A stretch of DNA of 63,571 nucleotides, filler included, from Octopus bimaculoides (lineage: Eukaryota), in the NCBI RefSeq assembly GCF_001194135.2. It is 5 parts of 4 records of this genome, joined end to end, with 100 filler letters (N's around TTAATTAATTAA, not from the genome) between each part and the next. Parts side by side here need not be neighbours in the genome. Positions count along the whole stretch, not along the records: positions 16,134 to 47,442 come from NC_068989.1; 4 more parts are not named here. One strand, given 5' to 3'. The notes under the pieces were generated by a model. It had not been told where the DNA came from and did no database searches. It saw nothing but the letters and a program-made list of their open reading frames with translations. Positions 26,635-40,425 of the stretch are shown piece by piece. A program made the position numbers and the translations under genes. Each line of letters begins with the position of its first letter. The stretch's first letter is position 1.

Positions 26635-27184
26635 GAGCCAATGTTCCATGAAAGAATTATTACGTTTTGCGGGGAGGGGCGAATGAGTGACAAACTTACG
26701 GACTGCGCAGAGTGGCACAAAATCTACCTACGTCACTGTTTGACTGGAGAAAATTGGGCAATACACAATCTTGTAGTCGTGTTACGCTTAACACGTTGAA
26801 TAATTTTCAACAGAAAAAAATTATCATTATACAATGTTAATTAATAACACTAGACATTTTTAATATACATAATGTGCAATTTGTATGCATGTTCTGTTTG
26901 TAAATCAAAAAATAATGAAATTATCCGAAGTTAAGAGCTGAAAAATTTACATAGATTTAGGACAATGTCGCCAGATACAAGTGAAATAATCTCTTGGAAA
27001 ATTGAGGGACGAAAGTTATCTTACTGAATGTGGGCCTAAAGACGTACTCGCCGGCTACAATAAGAACATTCCCTATAGAGAGCTGAACTCCAGGGTTTTT
27101 ATAAGCCCACCAAAACGTTCTAGAATGAAGCCCTTAAGTTCAAATAATAAACTTTTCTTTTAGTCTTCCACCACTTACCACAAT

Positions 27185-27567
27185 GGAGGCGCAATGGCCC
27201 AGTGGTTAGTGCAGCTGACTCGTGGTCATAGGATCGCGGTTTCGATTCCTAGACCGGGCGTTGTGAGTGTTTATTGAGCGAAAACACCTAAAGCTCCACG
27301 AGGCTCCGCCAGGGGATGGTGGTGAACCCTGCTGTACTCTTTCACCACAACTTTCTCTCACTCTTACTTTCTGTTTCTGTTGCGCCTGTAATTCAAAGGG
27401 TCAACCTTGTCACACTGTGTCACGCTGAATATCCTCGAGAACTACGTTAAGGGTACACGTGTCTGTGGAGTGCTCAGCCACTTGCACGTTAGTTTCACGA
27501 GCAGGCTGTTCCGTTGATCGGATCAACTGGAACCCTCGACGTCGTAAGCGACAGAGTGCCAACAACA
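27185..27567 (+). mobile_element. SINE family B (tRNA head, about 385 bp), full length with 11-bp TSD
   Basis: Head GGAGGCGCAATGGCCCAGTGGTTAG...GGTTTCGATTCC; TSD ACTTACCACAA at 27173-27183 and 27568-27578. Confidence 0.9.
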
Positions 27568-28299
27568 ACTTACCACAAACTGACTTCAAAAGGCAATTAG
27601 CTGGGAAATAATGACAGTAAGCGTTAATATAAAGTTCTGAGATAAAGCCAAAATAACTCTGGTCAATATTACCAAATATGGTAATATTATTGGCCAGCAA
27701 TTTTCGCTTCGGAACTTTAAAATTCCGGGTTCGAATTTGAAGAATGCTATCTGCTACAAGATAAAAAGCTGCTTTCCGGACCATAAAGATCCATTGTGCT
27801 TGTGTTCTATCCCTTATCTGAAGCGTTAAGTTCATGAAAAAGAAACCTCATTTCTGGCTAGGATATTGTTCTATCGCAAATAGTTTTTACCTGCGAGATG
27901 AACCGATGACAGCATTGCAAACCGGTAACAATTCCCCCTTTGTTGCGTTTTCTTTCAGCATTGAAATATACTCACTGCTATAAGCCTTCTACGAGGTCGA
28001 TCGATCTTCGTAGAAATAGTAGTCAAATCTTCTTTAAAATTACATTCTATTGTCTTAAAACTCAGACAAATTGGATAATGTGGGCTGGAATTAGAGAATT
28101 CAACTCGTAATAGTGTCATAAGAACGCTGTCGTGATAAACTGTGTGTCTCCTAGCGGAACCCATCCTTTTCCTAGTCTGAGTACAGCTAATTTCTTCCTA
28201 AAGGAAAGTGTGTGCGTATGGCAAAATGATAGGCGGACAAAAAAAGAGAAAAACTAATACTTTATTTATCGAGCTCGGAAGATTGAAAATAAAAAGTAA

Positions 28300-28572
28300 A
28301 AGCAACCTCTGGAGCTGAGATTTGAACTCAGAGCGCAAGAAGCCAGAACGTAAAGCATTCTTTTTTTTTTCTGTTCTAGGCACAAGGCCCGAAATTTTTT
28401 TGTGGGGAGGGAGCAGTCGATTAGATCGACCCCAGTACGCAACTGGTGTTTAATTTATTGACTCCGAAAGGATGAAAGGCAAAGTCGACCTCGGCGGAAC
28501 GTAAAGATAGACAAAATACCGCTAATCATTTCGCCCGACGTGCTAACGTTTCTGTCAGGATGCCGCGTTATG
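28300..28572 (-). mobile_element. SINE family A copies
   Basis: CACAAGGCCCGAAATTT...GTCGACCTCGGCGG...TGCTAACGTTTCTG. Confidence 0.8.
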
Positions 28573-30634
28573 AAGCATTCTATCTGACGTTCTTACGATT
28601 CTGCTAATCGGCTGCCTTATTGCATAACGTCGTTAATGATGGATATATACAAAAAAAGACGGGAGGACCATGACTAGAACGTCTTGTATCGTAGGTCAGC
28701 TCGATCAGGGTTGATCCGAAGAACAACAGTAACCCATTGCATTACCTAATTAGAGATAAGCAGATTCGATTGTTGAGAGCTAATTATCATGACTGAACAA
28801 ATTACNNNNNNNNNNGGTGGTGGTAGTGCAGGTGGTATTGTGGTGATAGCAGCTGTTGTTTAGCTCCAAGTGAACCTTAGAGCTAAAGGTGACTTAAGAT
28901 CAACGATGCGTTCCAGCCGTAACCATCTTGCTTTCTGTTTTATGACTATGTAACATTTAAAACATAATTTAATGTCTCCTTCCTTTTGAAATGGCTATGC
29001 ATTTATTTGAAGGACATTTGACTGCTATTTCCGGCGGATCGAACGAGGTTCCCTTGATGGTGATGATTAGTAGATGTTTGTCGAAAACATAAAAACAATA
29101 ACAAAATCATCAATAGAGAATCGTAACATTTAAGAATTAAAAGCAATTTTTGTCCGCATCAGTTCTACAATATCACTCTCATATTTAACAACCAAACAAT
29201 CATGATGTAATTAGTAATTTTGTGGACATGCATTCACTTCGGTAATAACAAGAAATGTTTATACGCCTAGATACTTTTCTAGCAATTACAGATTTCCAAT
29301 AAAAATATTTTTGCGTTTAGAAAAATGAAGTACCAAATTTATCATATATGATGTGGTCGACTGTTTATAGAGACCTCCCGCAAAATAAAATAATACTGCT
29401 GCTGTATAAACCGTCCGCGAAAATATGTAGTTTCAACAAGAAACTGACGTAATCAATTAAAATTTAACGTCCTTATAAAGCACGAGTTCAATATTCATTG
29501 ATACTTGACACTTGGACTAATCGTCAGTGTTGTATCTTACAAGATACACTCTCAACGGGCACTTTAAACAAGTAGCTTTTAGTGGATATTAGACATTAAG
29601 TCGTTGTTAGTAAAATATCACATTAGGTAGGCTATGTGAAGGTGAAAATGACAACACTAATACTTTTATAAGTTTCCATATTTTTTATTACCTGATACAC
29701 TTACATGCATGTACTACAGTTATATGAATAAAACAGCATACAAGAAATATTTGAGTTATTTAGAGATATTTTAGCTATTAAGATGAAAATTGTTCATGGT
29801 TATTAGAGATAGAATAAGTAGAAAAAGTGAGAACAAAACCGCTAACAGAGTTCTATGAAGCACCAGAGGTTGTTCTGTTTGAGAGTTCAATGTCCCAACT
29901 TTTATAGCATTCAGTCAAAACTTCTAGAACCTTCGGCAGAACTATAAGGAGGTGAAAATTTCACAAAAACTACTTTCAAATCTACTTTTATTTGGTTACA
30001 TACTGGCATTTCTGATTGATCGAACCATGTTCACCCGGGTATTTATGCCTTTAATGACGACAGTTAATTTCTCGTGGCTAGCCTTTGTTTTTTATGTCAG
30101 TATAATCGGACCGTGTTCCTATACTGGAAAATCTGAGTGAGATGCCTCGAAACTTAGCAGAAGCCTTTCTACAAGCTGAAGTAAATAACCAACCATCTAT
30201 GATGTCCATGTGGCGCATGAATTCAACTTACATCTACAAATGCAATATTTGGATACATCATCGGTGTTGTATTCCGGTGTCGCAAGCTATTTGGGATCTT
30301 ATAATACACAACCTCATCCAAGTAGCTTAAACAAGAAGCTAAAATAAACGACCAAATATTTATGATGTCCTTCTAGAGCATGTATTCAACTTACATCTAC
30401 AAATGCAATACTTGGACACATCATCAGTGTTGTATCATGGTGTCATTGGATGTTCCAGGTTTTACAAAAGATGCCTTCATGCAGTTGATCCAGCCACGGT
30501 TGATCGAGCTCGTGTCCGACTGACCTGAGAACTTATTCCAGCCGTAACTAGAAACTTAAATCGTTAAATACGTATATTTTTAGTCCACCATTTCAGCAGT
30601 ATATCATTTTATTTCAGCAGTATATTATTTTATT

Positions 30635-30986
30635 ATAACTCTTTCGCCACCATATTTCTGTTGAAATATACTCACTATATTTCAATCAGTTTTAGTAATA
30701 ATGAAGAATTTAGCAAAATAAATGGCATTACCAATCTGGTGTTTAGAACTTGGCATGAAATTTTGAAAGGTTGTTTTAATGATAAAAGGTTGCAGTGCAA
30801 TTCAGTTACTGACCAAGTAGCAGTGCGACAAAATTTTGACACAAAATTACGAATGATTAAGTGAAATTTACATTTTCCTACGTATTTTAAACGTCTCTAG
30901 CTGTTTAGATGTAGATCACTATAAGACATAAAGTTTTTAACATCGAACAAGTAACAGTTTCAGGAGTGTTACTCTCAGAGGGTTAA
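30635..30986 (+). mobile_element. TTAA-flanked (piggyBac-like) MITE, family 1
   Basis: (A)TAACTCTTTCG...GAGGGTTAA; internal sequence matches 38339-38501 (-) and 39828-40425. Confidence 0.6.
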
Positions 30987-32544
30987 TAACGTTTTGTCAG
31001 TTCAAAACAATGTCTTCATAAGTTACGATCATACAAACACTTATTTCGTAGTTCCCCTTCCCCTATAAATATAACGTGACATTATCAGATTATGACTCAT
31101 TCTCACCAAAGTTGTCAATGGAACCAGCTTGCCGTACGATTGCTTCAACGTCAACTCGGAATTCGAAGGACGTCATAAATTTACGACAACGCTGTTGCAT
31201 AAAAGTGTTTCATGGAGCTTTTTTTACTTTTGATGTAAATATTTCAAGCAGAAAACTCTATACAACTACTTGACAACAGAGAAAATAACGCGCACACACA
31301 CACACATACATACACACACACGGCGCCATAAAAGGCAAAAAGCAACAACAAAAAATTCTTTTAATTGGTAATGTTACTTTTACTCATTTCAAAAACTCTG
31401 TTATTCATTCATTCTTTAGCTGACGTCTCTCTCTCTCTCTCTCTCTCATATAACTACCTCCTACAGTTTTTTTATATATATTTATTTACACACATACACT
31501 CCCCCCCCCCACCTCTTTCTTTTTCCTTGCCTCGCTTTCTGTAAACGCCTTCTATAAACCATTTTCTTCCTGCAATTGGTAGATTTTTTCCAGCTGAGTG
31601 ACTGCCAGCTCTGCGAAGACAACTTAGTTTGGAACTATTACAAAAAGACCACTCCTTCTTGCTTCTTCATACGCCCCACACCCTCTACTATTTTCCTTAC
31701 AGTTGATCATGTTAATACATTGAATAGTAGTAAATCTTTTCTATTCGACTAGCCCCAGAAATTCAAACAAGTTTTTATTTTTTAAAAAAAAAAGTAAAAA
31801 GAACTACAGCAAATTAAGTATTTTCTCCTTTGATCGCACGAATATTTTGAATACTAGTAAAGTCTTCCAAGACAATTAGCCCCATAAGTTCAACAATTGT
31901 AAGAAAATAAAATAAAATAAAATAAAATAAAATAAAAACTAAGCAAATTAAATATTAAATTTGGGCTTACGTCATACATCAATAAATAATTCGTAATATA
32001 GTTTAGAGCACATTTTAAACTATTTGTTAATTTCAGTTTTTCGTTGCTACAACTTCTTGACTACTGCTGTAATCGTGGGCTGGGGCCCATGACAGGCAAA
32101 TATATAATACATAGTTAAGCGTGTGCAAGTATCTGATTTAGAAAAGCAAAAAATGTAGTAGGATGCAAGTGTTCCTGCAGTAGAACACACCCTTCCTCTT
32201 TCATTCAGTCAGTGATCGTCAGTGTCACTTGAGTCATGTGATCTTGACAGACAAACTTTGACAATCCTGCTTAATCTCTCGCCGCCCACAACAATTTGTT
32301 AACCAGCAAATTGAGTTTTTTTCCCTTTATTTTCTCTTTCTTTCTTTTTTTTTTAATCATTGTGGGCTTACCACTTTTAAGAAAAATTAAGCGTATGTAA
32401 AAAAAAAAGGAAGAAAACAAACAAGTACAACAGCACTGAAAACAAAACTAATAGTTCTCATCAGTGTTAAAGATAACAGCAAAAAAAAGTATTTTCGGTG
32501 AAACAGGGCGACAGAGGTTTCAATTGCAGGTATTCCAAGTCTGA

Positions 32545-32568
32545 CAGGAAGTTACATGTGACGTCACA
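32545..32568 (+). promoter_or_regulatory. Clustered ETS (CAGGAAGT), E-box (CATGTG) and full CRE (TGACGTCA) motifs just upstream of the G-alpha ATG
   Basis: 12-bp palindrome TGTGACGTCACA at 32557-32568, ending 15 bp before the ATG; motif match only. Confidence 0.3.
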
Positions 32569-32583
32569 ACACACTTTGCCAAA

Positions 32584-33045
32584 ATGGCTTCATGGTTGGG
32601 TTCGTGTTTTCTCTCTGAAAATGCTAAAGTACAGAGAAGTCGAAGTCGGAAAATCGATCGTATGTTGGCTCGGGATAAGAAAAATTCACGCTTGATTGTT
32701 AAATTGTTATTACTAGGTGCCGGAGAAAGCGGGAAAAGTACTTTTCTTAAGCAAATGCGTATAATTCACGGTAATGACTTCAATGAAGATTCTCTCCGAG
32801 AATACAAACCGGTTATTTATATGAACATAGTAAAAGGTATGAAAGTCCTGATCGATGCACGAAACAAATTAAAGGTTCCGTGGGAAGATCCTCAAAAGGA
32901 AGAATATGCCAATCGGATATTTTCGATCGAATCTGCCCAAGATATGGATGAAAGTGACTTCCTCCCTTATGTTGATTGTATCGAACAGTTGTGGCAGGAT
33001 AAAGCAATTAAGCTAACGTTCGATAGAAGGAGAGAATTTCAGCTG
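32584..33045 (+). CDS. GNA12/13: Heterotrimeric G protein alpha subunit, G12/13 (concertina) class, first coding exon (aa 1-154); rest of gene not in this scaffold piece
   Basis: ORF MASWLGSCF...KLLLLGAGESGKSTFLKQMRIIHG...NIVKGMKVLIDARNKLKVPW...FDRRREFQL. P-loop GAGESGKS plus TFLKQMRIIHG and RRREFQL match G12/13 rather than Gq (GTGESGKSTFIKQ). Phase-0 donor CTG|GTAAGT at 33046. N-terminal Cys8, no Gly2. Confidence 0.95.
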
Positions 33046-35642
33046 GTAAGTTAGTTAATTCATCGATGTTTATATCAATTATAAATGTTGTTGTCTTTCT
33101 AGTACTTATGCTTGTTTCAGAAATTATTTCAGTTTTATTTAAGTCTAGTAAATACAAGTTTTGCTGGGGTCTTTTTTTTCTAAATTGTTTTTGTTTAGTG
33201 AGTGTCCCTAATGTTTTCCTTTATTAATCATACCGCGCCATCCAAGTACTCATTGTTAATTTGTCCCACTGTCGTTAATTTTCCTCTTTTCTTTTTCTTT
33301 TGCTTCCTATCGTTTTATTTTATTTTATGTTCAATCCTTATTACTAAAATAAATAGACCGTGTGTTGATCAATAATCCCAAACTCGTATCTTAATATGTT
33401 TATACTCTTTATTCTATAACTAACTCCAACTTCAGCTAGATTTGAGAATAAAGTGTCGCTAATTATACTTTTAGAAGTTATGCATTTAGTTTTAAGTCTC
33501 GTAATACTTTACACGCTGTTACTCATAAACAATCTCGGTTTAAGGCGATTTTATCTAACTCTTATAAACTTGTGCGCGCTGTATTGAAAGACTAGTTTTG
33601 AAATATTACTCTGTTGTAATCATTTGCCCAGCTAGGCAAAGCTTGTCATATCAGCGTTACTGCTTTGTTAAGCATGTTGTTTCTTCCATTGAAACATAAT
33701 ATACACACACGCCTAGCTTCGTCTTCCCTCCCACTGTTACTATACTTGATAATTTGGCGAATACTGACTGGGTGGCAGGAAATGTTTTACTTGACTCGGT
33801 AAAAACTATTTCGTTCGTGTAATAAATACAGTTTATTTTACGCGTATTTAACATAACGTGTCAATTTTCCAACAGTATCGGTTCATAAGCATGCCTGCAC
33901 ACACACACACACACTTGAATAAGTTTTCTGTTGTTAGATTATAGGAAAATGTTTGAATTTCGTTTAATCAATTTTCAGCATTTTTATTTTTATTAAAAAT
34001 GCTAACTGTTTACATTATATCAATTGCTCTCCTCCCATGCACACGCTGGAATAAGTTTTTGTTTGAGTTGAAATAACCTATAGGAAAATGTAATGAATTT
34101 AAACTAATCATCTTTTCAGTTTTAAAAAAGCTGTTTATATATTAAATATAATTGCATACTCACACTCAAATATACTACAATAAGTTTTCGTTTAGTTCAT
34201 TTATAGAAAAATGTATTGAATTTAGCGGACTTGAATTTAAACTAATCGACTTTTTCCCCCATTAAAAGAAGAAGAAAAGTTGGGGGAAAACTTTATATTG
34301 AATATATTTTTTGTGGTATGAAATGTGGGTATTGGAAGTGACTGAGCCTGCAGTGCGATTAATTGTTTTTAGTATATACGTAAAACTTTTTTACATTCCA
34401 AACGTGCCGATTCTGTCGTTCATCGAGGTGAGTCGAATCTGTGTTAATAAAATACTGCAACAGATTCAATCAATTATACCCGTGGTTCTTATCCTGGTGG
34501 GGGAGAGACTTCAGGATTCCAGGGGGCGGGTATTTAGGGGTTTCCTACGGAGAAAGTTGTTCGTAAGCTGGAACGCCGCCAATTTTTTTTTTTTTATTTA
34601 TTCGCAATATTTTTTTTTTAATATTTATGAGTGAAGTTTTGCGTGAATTTCTTTTATTACACCTGTCCCGTAAGACAGGTGTAAATTCTGATCGGTGGAC
34701 TTTCGTAATAACTATCACTACCTCACAGTGAAGGAAACGTACAAGCATTTAGTGGGTTCTTCACCCACCCTCCACCTCAATTTTATCTTTTAACATTTTT
34801 GCATTCTGTGCCCTTTTCCGATCAATTTTTACTATCATACCTGTCACACGAGAAAAATACTCAGTTTTGGAGTAGTTATCGTTTTATCATGTGGAAGAAA
34901 AGGAGTAGTGAATGGCGACGAGCATAAAAATTTGTATTTTTTGTAAAAACTTATTTCAGAATCGTAATTTTCATATGATTGACACACGAAAGAAAGAAAA
35001 GACATGAAGGTAAACAAACCCACCCGATTTCTAGTCTGTTTCCGTCCCCATGAAGTAGTGACAGTCACTCCGAAACTCCGCCCGATTTATTTACTTTGAA
35101 GTTGATTTTAATGATGCTAATGTGAAATAATTGTGTTTCTGATGTTATTGCAATACAATTTCTTTTTCTTCACAAATGTGGGGGGAAAATAGGATGGTGA
35201 GCTGTTAACGGGGTGAGGAATACAGAGGGGGTAAACTGGTTGAGAAACTTTGAATTAGTTTTGCGTCAGAATGGTATCGGTTTTATTTTTCTGTTTTGTA
35301 TATCTTTCGGAATAGCTCCTGAAGTCCTTTCTTGTTTAGCTCTCAGATCAGCCTTGACTGAAAACTTGTGACTAAACGTATTTCTGTCGTAAACAACCTG
35401 TCTTTTTATACATCTAATGTGTTCTCGTTTCACAACTGTATATTTTGGCAACTATTTTTAGCAGGTCGAGTGACCGTGTAGATGCTCCCCCGTTTTGTAT
35501 CTATGTGTTTCCATGGAGACAAGACTTCCTTTTGTACCCTACAAAAAAACACCAGGGAGGAAGTCTTTCCCCAGGTTATTTTCAAAAACTGTAGTTTTGT
35601 ATGCTCATGATGAAAGTCGTATTTATTTTTGCTAGAAACTAG

Positions 35643-35799
35643 AGTAAATTTTCAGATTAACAAATGCACGATTTCACTAGGGTGTTAGGGTTAGGGTTTT
35701 AGGGTTAGGGACGGAATTCCCTCACCCTAACACCCTAACCCTAACCCTGACCCTAACACCCTAATGAAAATCGTGCGGGTGTTAATCTGAAAATTTACC
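35643..35799. mobile_element. 157-bp fold-back MITE made of inverted TTAGGG/CCCTAA arrays
   Basis: Arms GTAAATTTTCAGATTAAC...GCACGATTT.A.TAGGGTGTTAGGG and the reverse complement; flanks GAAACTAG / GAAAATAG (7 of 8 identical). Confidence 0.8.
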
Positions 35800-36725
35800 G
35801 AAAATAGTAAGGTATATCAATGTATAAAATTGGAAAGAAAAAAAAATCAGGTGGTAATTCGAACTCTTTCAGTGGTTGGAAGAAACCGTCTGAGTAGTTT
35901 GTTGCTTTTTATCTGTATTCAGTCCTGGTCGAACAAAGGTATTTCAGCCGTGACCATCCCCTTCTTTTTTTTTTTTTTTTTTTTTTTTTTTGTAACTGAA
36001 CCACTTACCGATCTTCCGAAATAGATAAATTTGTGCTGTATATATTGAACAGTGTCATAGATCCAGTTAATATATATATATTGCTAGGCACCTGGTTTCA
36101 GGTTCGGTCTCACCTTGTGAGTGAATATTGAAGACAGAAACTTTGTGGATGCTTATTGTGTGTGTGTGTGGGCATGTGCATGCGTGCATGTTTTTATGTT
36201 TGTCCCACCACATCACTGCTTCACAACCGTGTTGGGTTGTTTACGTCCTCGTAACAAAGCGGTTCGGCAAAAGTAACTGACAGAATAAGTACATGACATA
36301 AAAAGAAAGATACATATTGCTGTCAATTTGATGGATTTAAACCCTTCAAAGCAGCTCACCAGTATAACCGCAGTCCAGTGTTACAGCAATGTTCAACTTG
36401 CTCCAATATGTATGCTTGTGTGTGTGTATATATATATATATATGCAGAGATAGATAGATAGATAGATAGATAGATAGTGTTTTTAACACAAAATGTCTTT
36501 GAAGAGATTTTTCCCTCTGACAAAATCTACACGATCATGCTTTTCACTGGTATATATACATTTAGTATGATATGCAGATGGCAATTACAACATAGTGTTA
36601 CACATGCTGCAAGGGTGGATACTCTACCAGAATCCGATATATTTATATTTTAGGTAGTAGTAGTATGGAGGCATGTGCTGCTATAGTATGATGCTGCATC
36701 TGCCATTTGTTAGTTATTCCATACT

Positions 36726-37112
36726 CTTATTTCTTTATTGCCCACAAGGGGCTAAACATAGAGAGGACAAACAAGGACAGACAAAGGGATTAAACCGATT
36801 ACATCGACCCCAGTGCATAACTGGTACTTAATTATCGACCCTGAAAAGATGAAAGGCAAAGTTGACCTCGTCGGAGTTTGAACTCAGCACGTAAAGACAC
36901 CAGGCTTCTTTTAATTTCCATCTACCAAATCTACTCACAAGGTTTTGGTCGGCTCAAGGCTGTTGTGGAAGATACTTGCCCAAGGTGCCACACAGTAGGA
37001 CAGTTGGTCAGCTTGAGGCTATAGTAGAAAACACTTGCCCATGGTACCACACAGTGGGACTGAACCCAGAACCATGTGGTTGGGAAGCAAGCTTCTTACC
37101 ACATAGCCACGA
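36726..37112 (-). mobile_element. SINE A monomer followed by two stacked SINE C heads
   Basis: Family A tail at 36726-36900; family C pieces at 36905-37112. Confidence 0.75.
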
Positions 37113-37347
37113 TCTATATTTATATATACCAGTTCACTCAGTAATGTGGTTGGCATTGGAAAGGGCATCTAGCTGTAGAAATCATACTAAAGCAGACAAT
37201 GGAGCTTGTTGGAGTCCTCTAACTCAGCAGCTCTTGTTAAACCATTCAACTCCTGTCTGCATAGAAAACAGGTGTTAAACGGTGATAATGTTGGTATATA
37301 GCTGGGTGCATCCAGACACAAATATAATAGCACTTAGATACAGAAGC

Positions 37348-37405
<58 letters not shown>

Positions 37406-38117
37406 GGAGATTGATAAATAGATAATATTGATTTTGACTGGAATTTCAAATTTCATCTTCAACAGCTTATTGGAGCTATTAATGGTAAAATTTGAAGTCC
37501 ATTCAAATCAATATTATATATATAGAGAGAGAGAGAGTGTGTGTGTGTGTAAACAAAAACTAATGAATGGGTTAGATCCTCTGTGTGTGTGTGTATCATT
37601 TTTTTTATAGTGAAACTTGAAGTAGATAGAACTGTGTAAATGGTAGTGTGTAAATTAAAAACCCCTTTGGATAGCAAATGTTGAAGGTTGCTCATAGGAC
37701 ACAAACCCACATAAATATAATAAATGTTCTACCATACAACAAACACAGTGGGACTAAACCTGAAACTATGTGGTTCGGAAGCAAACTTCTTATACACACA
37801 CAGGTGTGTGCATGTGTTTATATTTGCCCTTTATGAAAATATCTAGCTACTAACAGTGTTGTTGCATCTCTTCTTACCAAACTGTCTGCATCATTCTTTA
37901 CCTTCCTATATGAAATGAGAAATCCCTTGAATCACAACAGGACAAGTAGGCATTTTTTTTCTTTGCAGAGTATATATTTTAGCCAAGCTTTCTGATCCGC
38001 CATATAACTGAAATATTCCACAAGTTCAACTTTAAATCATTTTAACCTCTTCCTCCTCAACTTTTTTTTTCTAGCCCACCTGAAACTTCCCCTGTTTCTA
38101 TGATACAAACTTCTGTT

Positions 38118-38501
38118 TTAACCTTGTAGCATTTGAACCAGTTATAATAACCAGGCCCAAATATTCTACCTGTTTTACGTTCAAACAGATCTAGCCTCTC
38201 ACACTTACTCTACATTGTCATTCTAAAAATAAACAATCACATCGTTGAAATCTTGAAGCTATGAGATAATGCAGGATTAAAAACTGTGGGAATAAATATG
38301 TATTACATTTGACAGTAATCTGAATGCTAAAGGATTAAAGTGAAATAAAATTTAAACTTTCAATCAAAATTTTATGTTAATTTATATTCCAAACACCAGC
38401 TTAATGATGAGTTATTTTACTAAATTTTTCATTATTTTCAAAAAAGCAATTGAAACAAGTGCAGTGTTTTACAACAGGAATATGGTAATAAAAATGGTTA
38501 A
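38118..38501. mobile_element. Two abutting TTAA MITEs (family 2 at 38118-38338, family 1 fragment at 38339-38501)
   Basis: TTAACCTTGTAGCATT...AATGCTAAAGGATTAA; a reverse copy lies at 48567-48786. Confidence 0.65.
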
Positions 38502-38561
38502 GTATTTTACAGATGAATGATCTTCCAAATTCCAAATGTGCTTCTGTACTTTTGGTGATAC

Positions 38562-38597
<36 letters not shown>

Positions 38598-39827
38598 AGA
38601 GAGATAATTTAGTAGTAGGAATAGGTTATAGATAACATCTGCTGGTTCTTCGATTATGAACAATCTTATTTATTTATCTATTTTTGATCTTTCTCATGCA
38701 TTTTGCAGATTTTCAAAATGCGTGGCACCCCCTGCTTGTTTCTGTAGGTCTATCGGTTAATCCCAGCTTGTCCATATTTGAATTTACCCACATCCATTTT
38801 CTCTAAACTGTTATTCTAGTTGATCCCATCTCCACTCCATTTTGGGGTTCTTATCATGCACACATTTATTTTTCTATTAATTGCACAAAATCTCTTTTTA
38901 TTTTTCCTTTCCTTGGTATTTTACTGTAATTTTCAAGATGCATAGTATCCATTGTCATTGTGTTAAATGTATCATTTGTAGAATATCCATAATGGGAATT
39001 GGTGATACTTAATTTTCAATAACTTTTGGTGTTGGCTTTGGTAATTGTTGTTCATAAAAGGGCAATACTACACAAACAACATATCCTTTATAGTTTGTAA
39101 GCTGGTTTCTTGGAGATCACTTATGATCTCTTTATTTATAATTATAACTTAATGGTTTGGCAAAAAGAGACCGATAGAATAAGTACTAGGCTCACAAAGA
39201 AGTTCTGGGGTCGATTTGTTTGACTAAAAGCAGTGCTCCAGCATGGCCACAGTCAAATGACTGAAACAAATAGAAGAGTAAAGAATAATATACATAATCC
39301 TGATCATTTTTTTTTTTTTACATTTGCTTTCCATACTGGCTTTGATTGGATATTTTAACAGGATCCAATAGGTTGGTGGAGTATATCCTGCTCCAGTCTC
39401 AGTTTTGATATGCTTTTTATGTCTTAGTGCCTTCCTAATGCTGTCCATTGTACAGAGTGTATTGTATGCTTTCTTGTAGTGCCACTACTAATGAGGTTGC
39501 CTTATAACTTACAAAACCAAAGAGCCTCTTCAACTGAGAAGGAGGATAGGAGATAAGGTGGTTTCATTAAGCAAGGTGTTGAGAGGTTAAAGTATGATGG
39601 GGAAGCAAGAGCATATTTACTGTTGTAAAGGAGATTCAAGGCTACTTTGCATTTTACATGGGTGTAAGATGTTTATAAGAATTTAGAAATTTTGAGAGGT
39701 ATGAAGTGAATTGGTTTTTGTAATGATGGAACCTGAAGTAGATAATGGCTCTTATTTAAAACAGCAAATTTTTAATTTTTTTTATCGTAGAACAAGTGAT
39801 TGTCTCTGTATGTTCTCATCTGAATAA

Positions 39828-40087
39828 TTAACCCTTTTGTTATTATATTTTCATCGAAATAAACTGCCTTTATTTCAATTAATTTTTAAATTAATGGATC
39901 TAGTAAAATAACTTTGTCAATATAGGCGTAGGAGTGGCTGTGGTAAGTAGCTTGCTTACCAACCACATGGTTCCGGGTTCAGTCCCACTGCATGGTACCT
40001 TGGGCAAGTGTCTTCTACTATAGCCTCGGGCCGACCAAAGCCTTGTGAGTGGATTTGGTAGACGGAAACTGAAAGAAGCCCGTCGTA

Positions 40088-40122
<35 letters not shown>

Positions 40123-40425
40123 GTCTGTGTTTGTCCCCCCAACATCGCCTGACAACCGATGCTGGTGTGTTTACATCCCCGTAACTTAGCAGTTTGGCAA
40201 AAGAGACCGATAGAATAAGTACTAGGCTTCCAAAGAATAAGTCCTGGGGTCGATTTGATTCGACTAAAGGCGGTGCTCCAGCATGGCCACAATCAAAAGA
40301 CTGAAACAAGTAAAAGAGTAAAAGAATATTAACATAGTGTTTGAAACTAATTAGCTTCAAATTTTAATGCAAGGTTTTAACTTTAGATCAGAGAACACAA
40401 GTAAGTTGCTATCAAAAGGATTGAA
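39828..40425 (+). mobile_element. TTAA MITE family 1 interrupted by a composite SINE (39925-40325)
   Basis: TTAACCCTTTTGTT...AGTAAAATAACTTTGTCAATA | SINE | ...AGTGTTTGAAAC...CAAAAGGATTGAA. Confidence 0.6.
39925..40325 (+). mobile_element. SINE family C (CORE-like), young composite copy
   Basis: tRNA-like head GGAGTGGCTGTGGTAAG...GGTTCAGTCCC, CORE-like ACCTTGGGCAAGTG, internal (TA)n, 3' module ending AAGAGTAAAAGA. Other copies at about 36085-36385, 39155-39285, 44385-44762 (-), 49205-49565, 57033-57125 (-), 59700-59897 (-), 62183-62348 and 22097-22153. Confidence 0.85.

Noticed and set aside
27185-27260. tRNA-like sequences (also 13705-13778, 19757-19831, 39925-39990)
   Set aside because: SINE heads; no acceptor stem closure, continue into SINE bodies.
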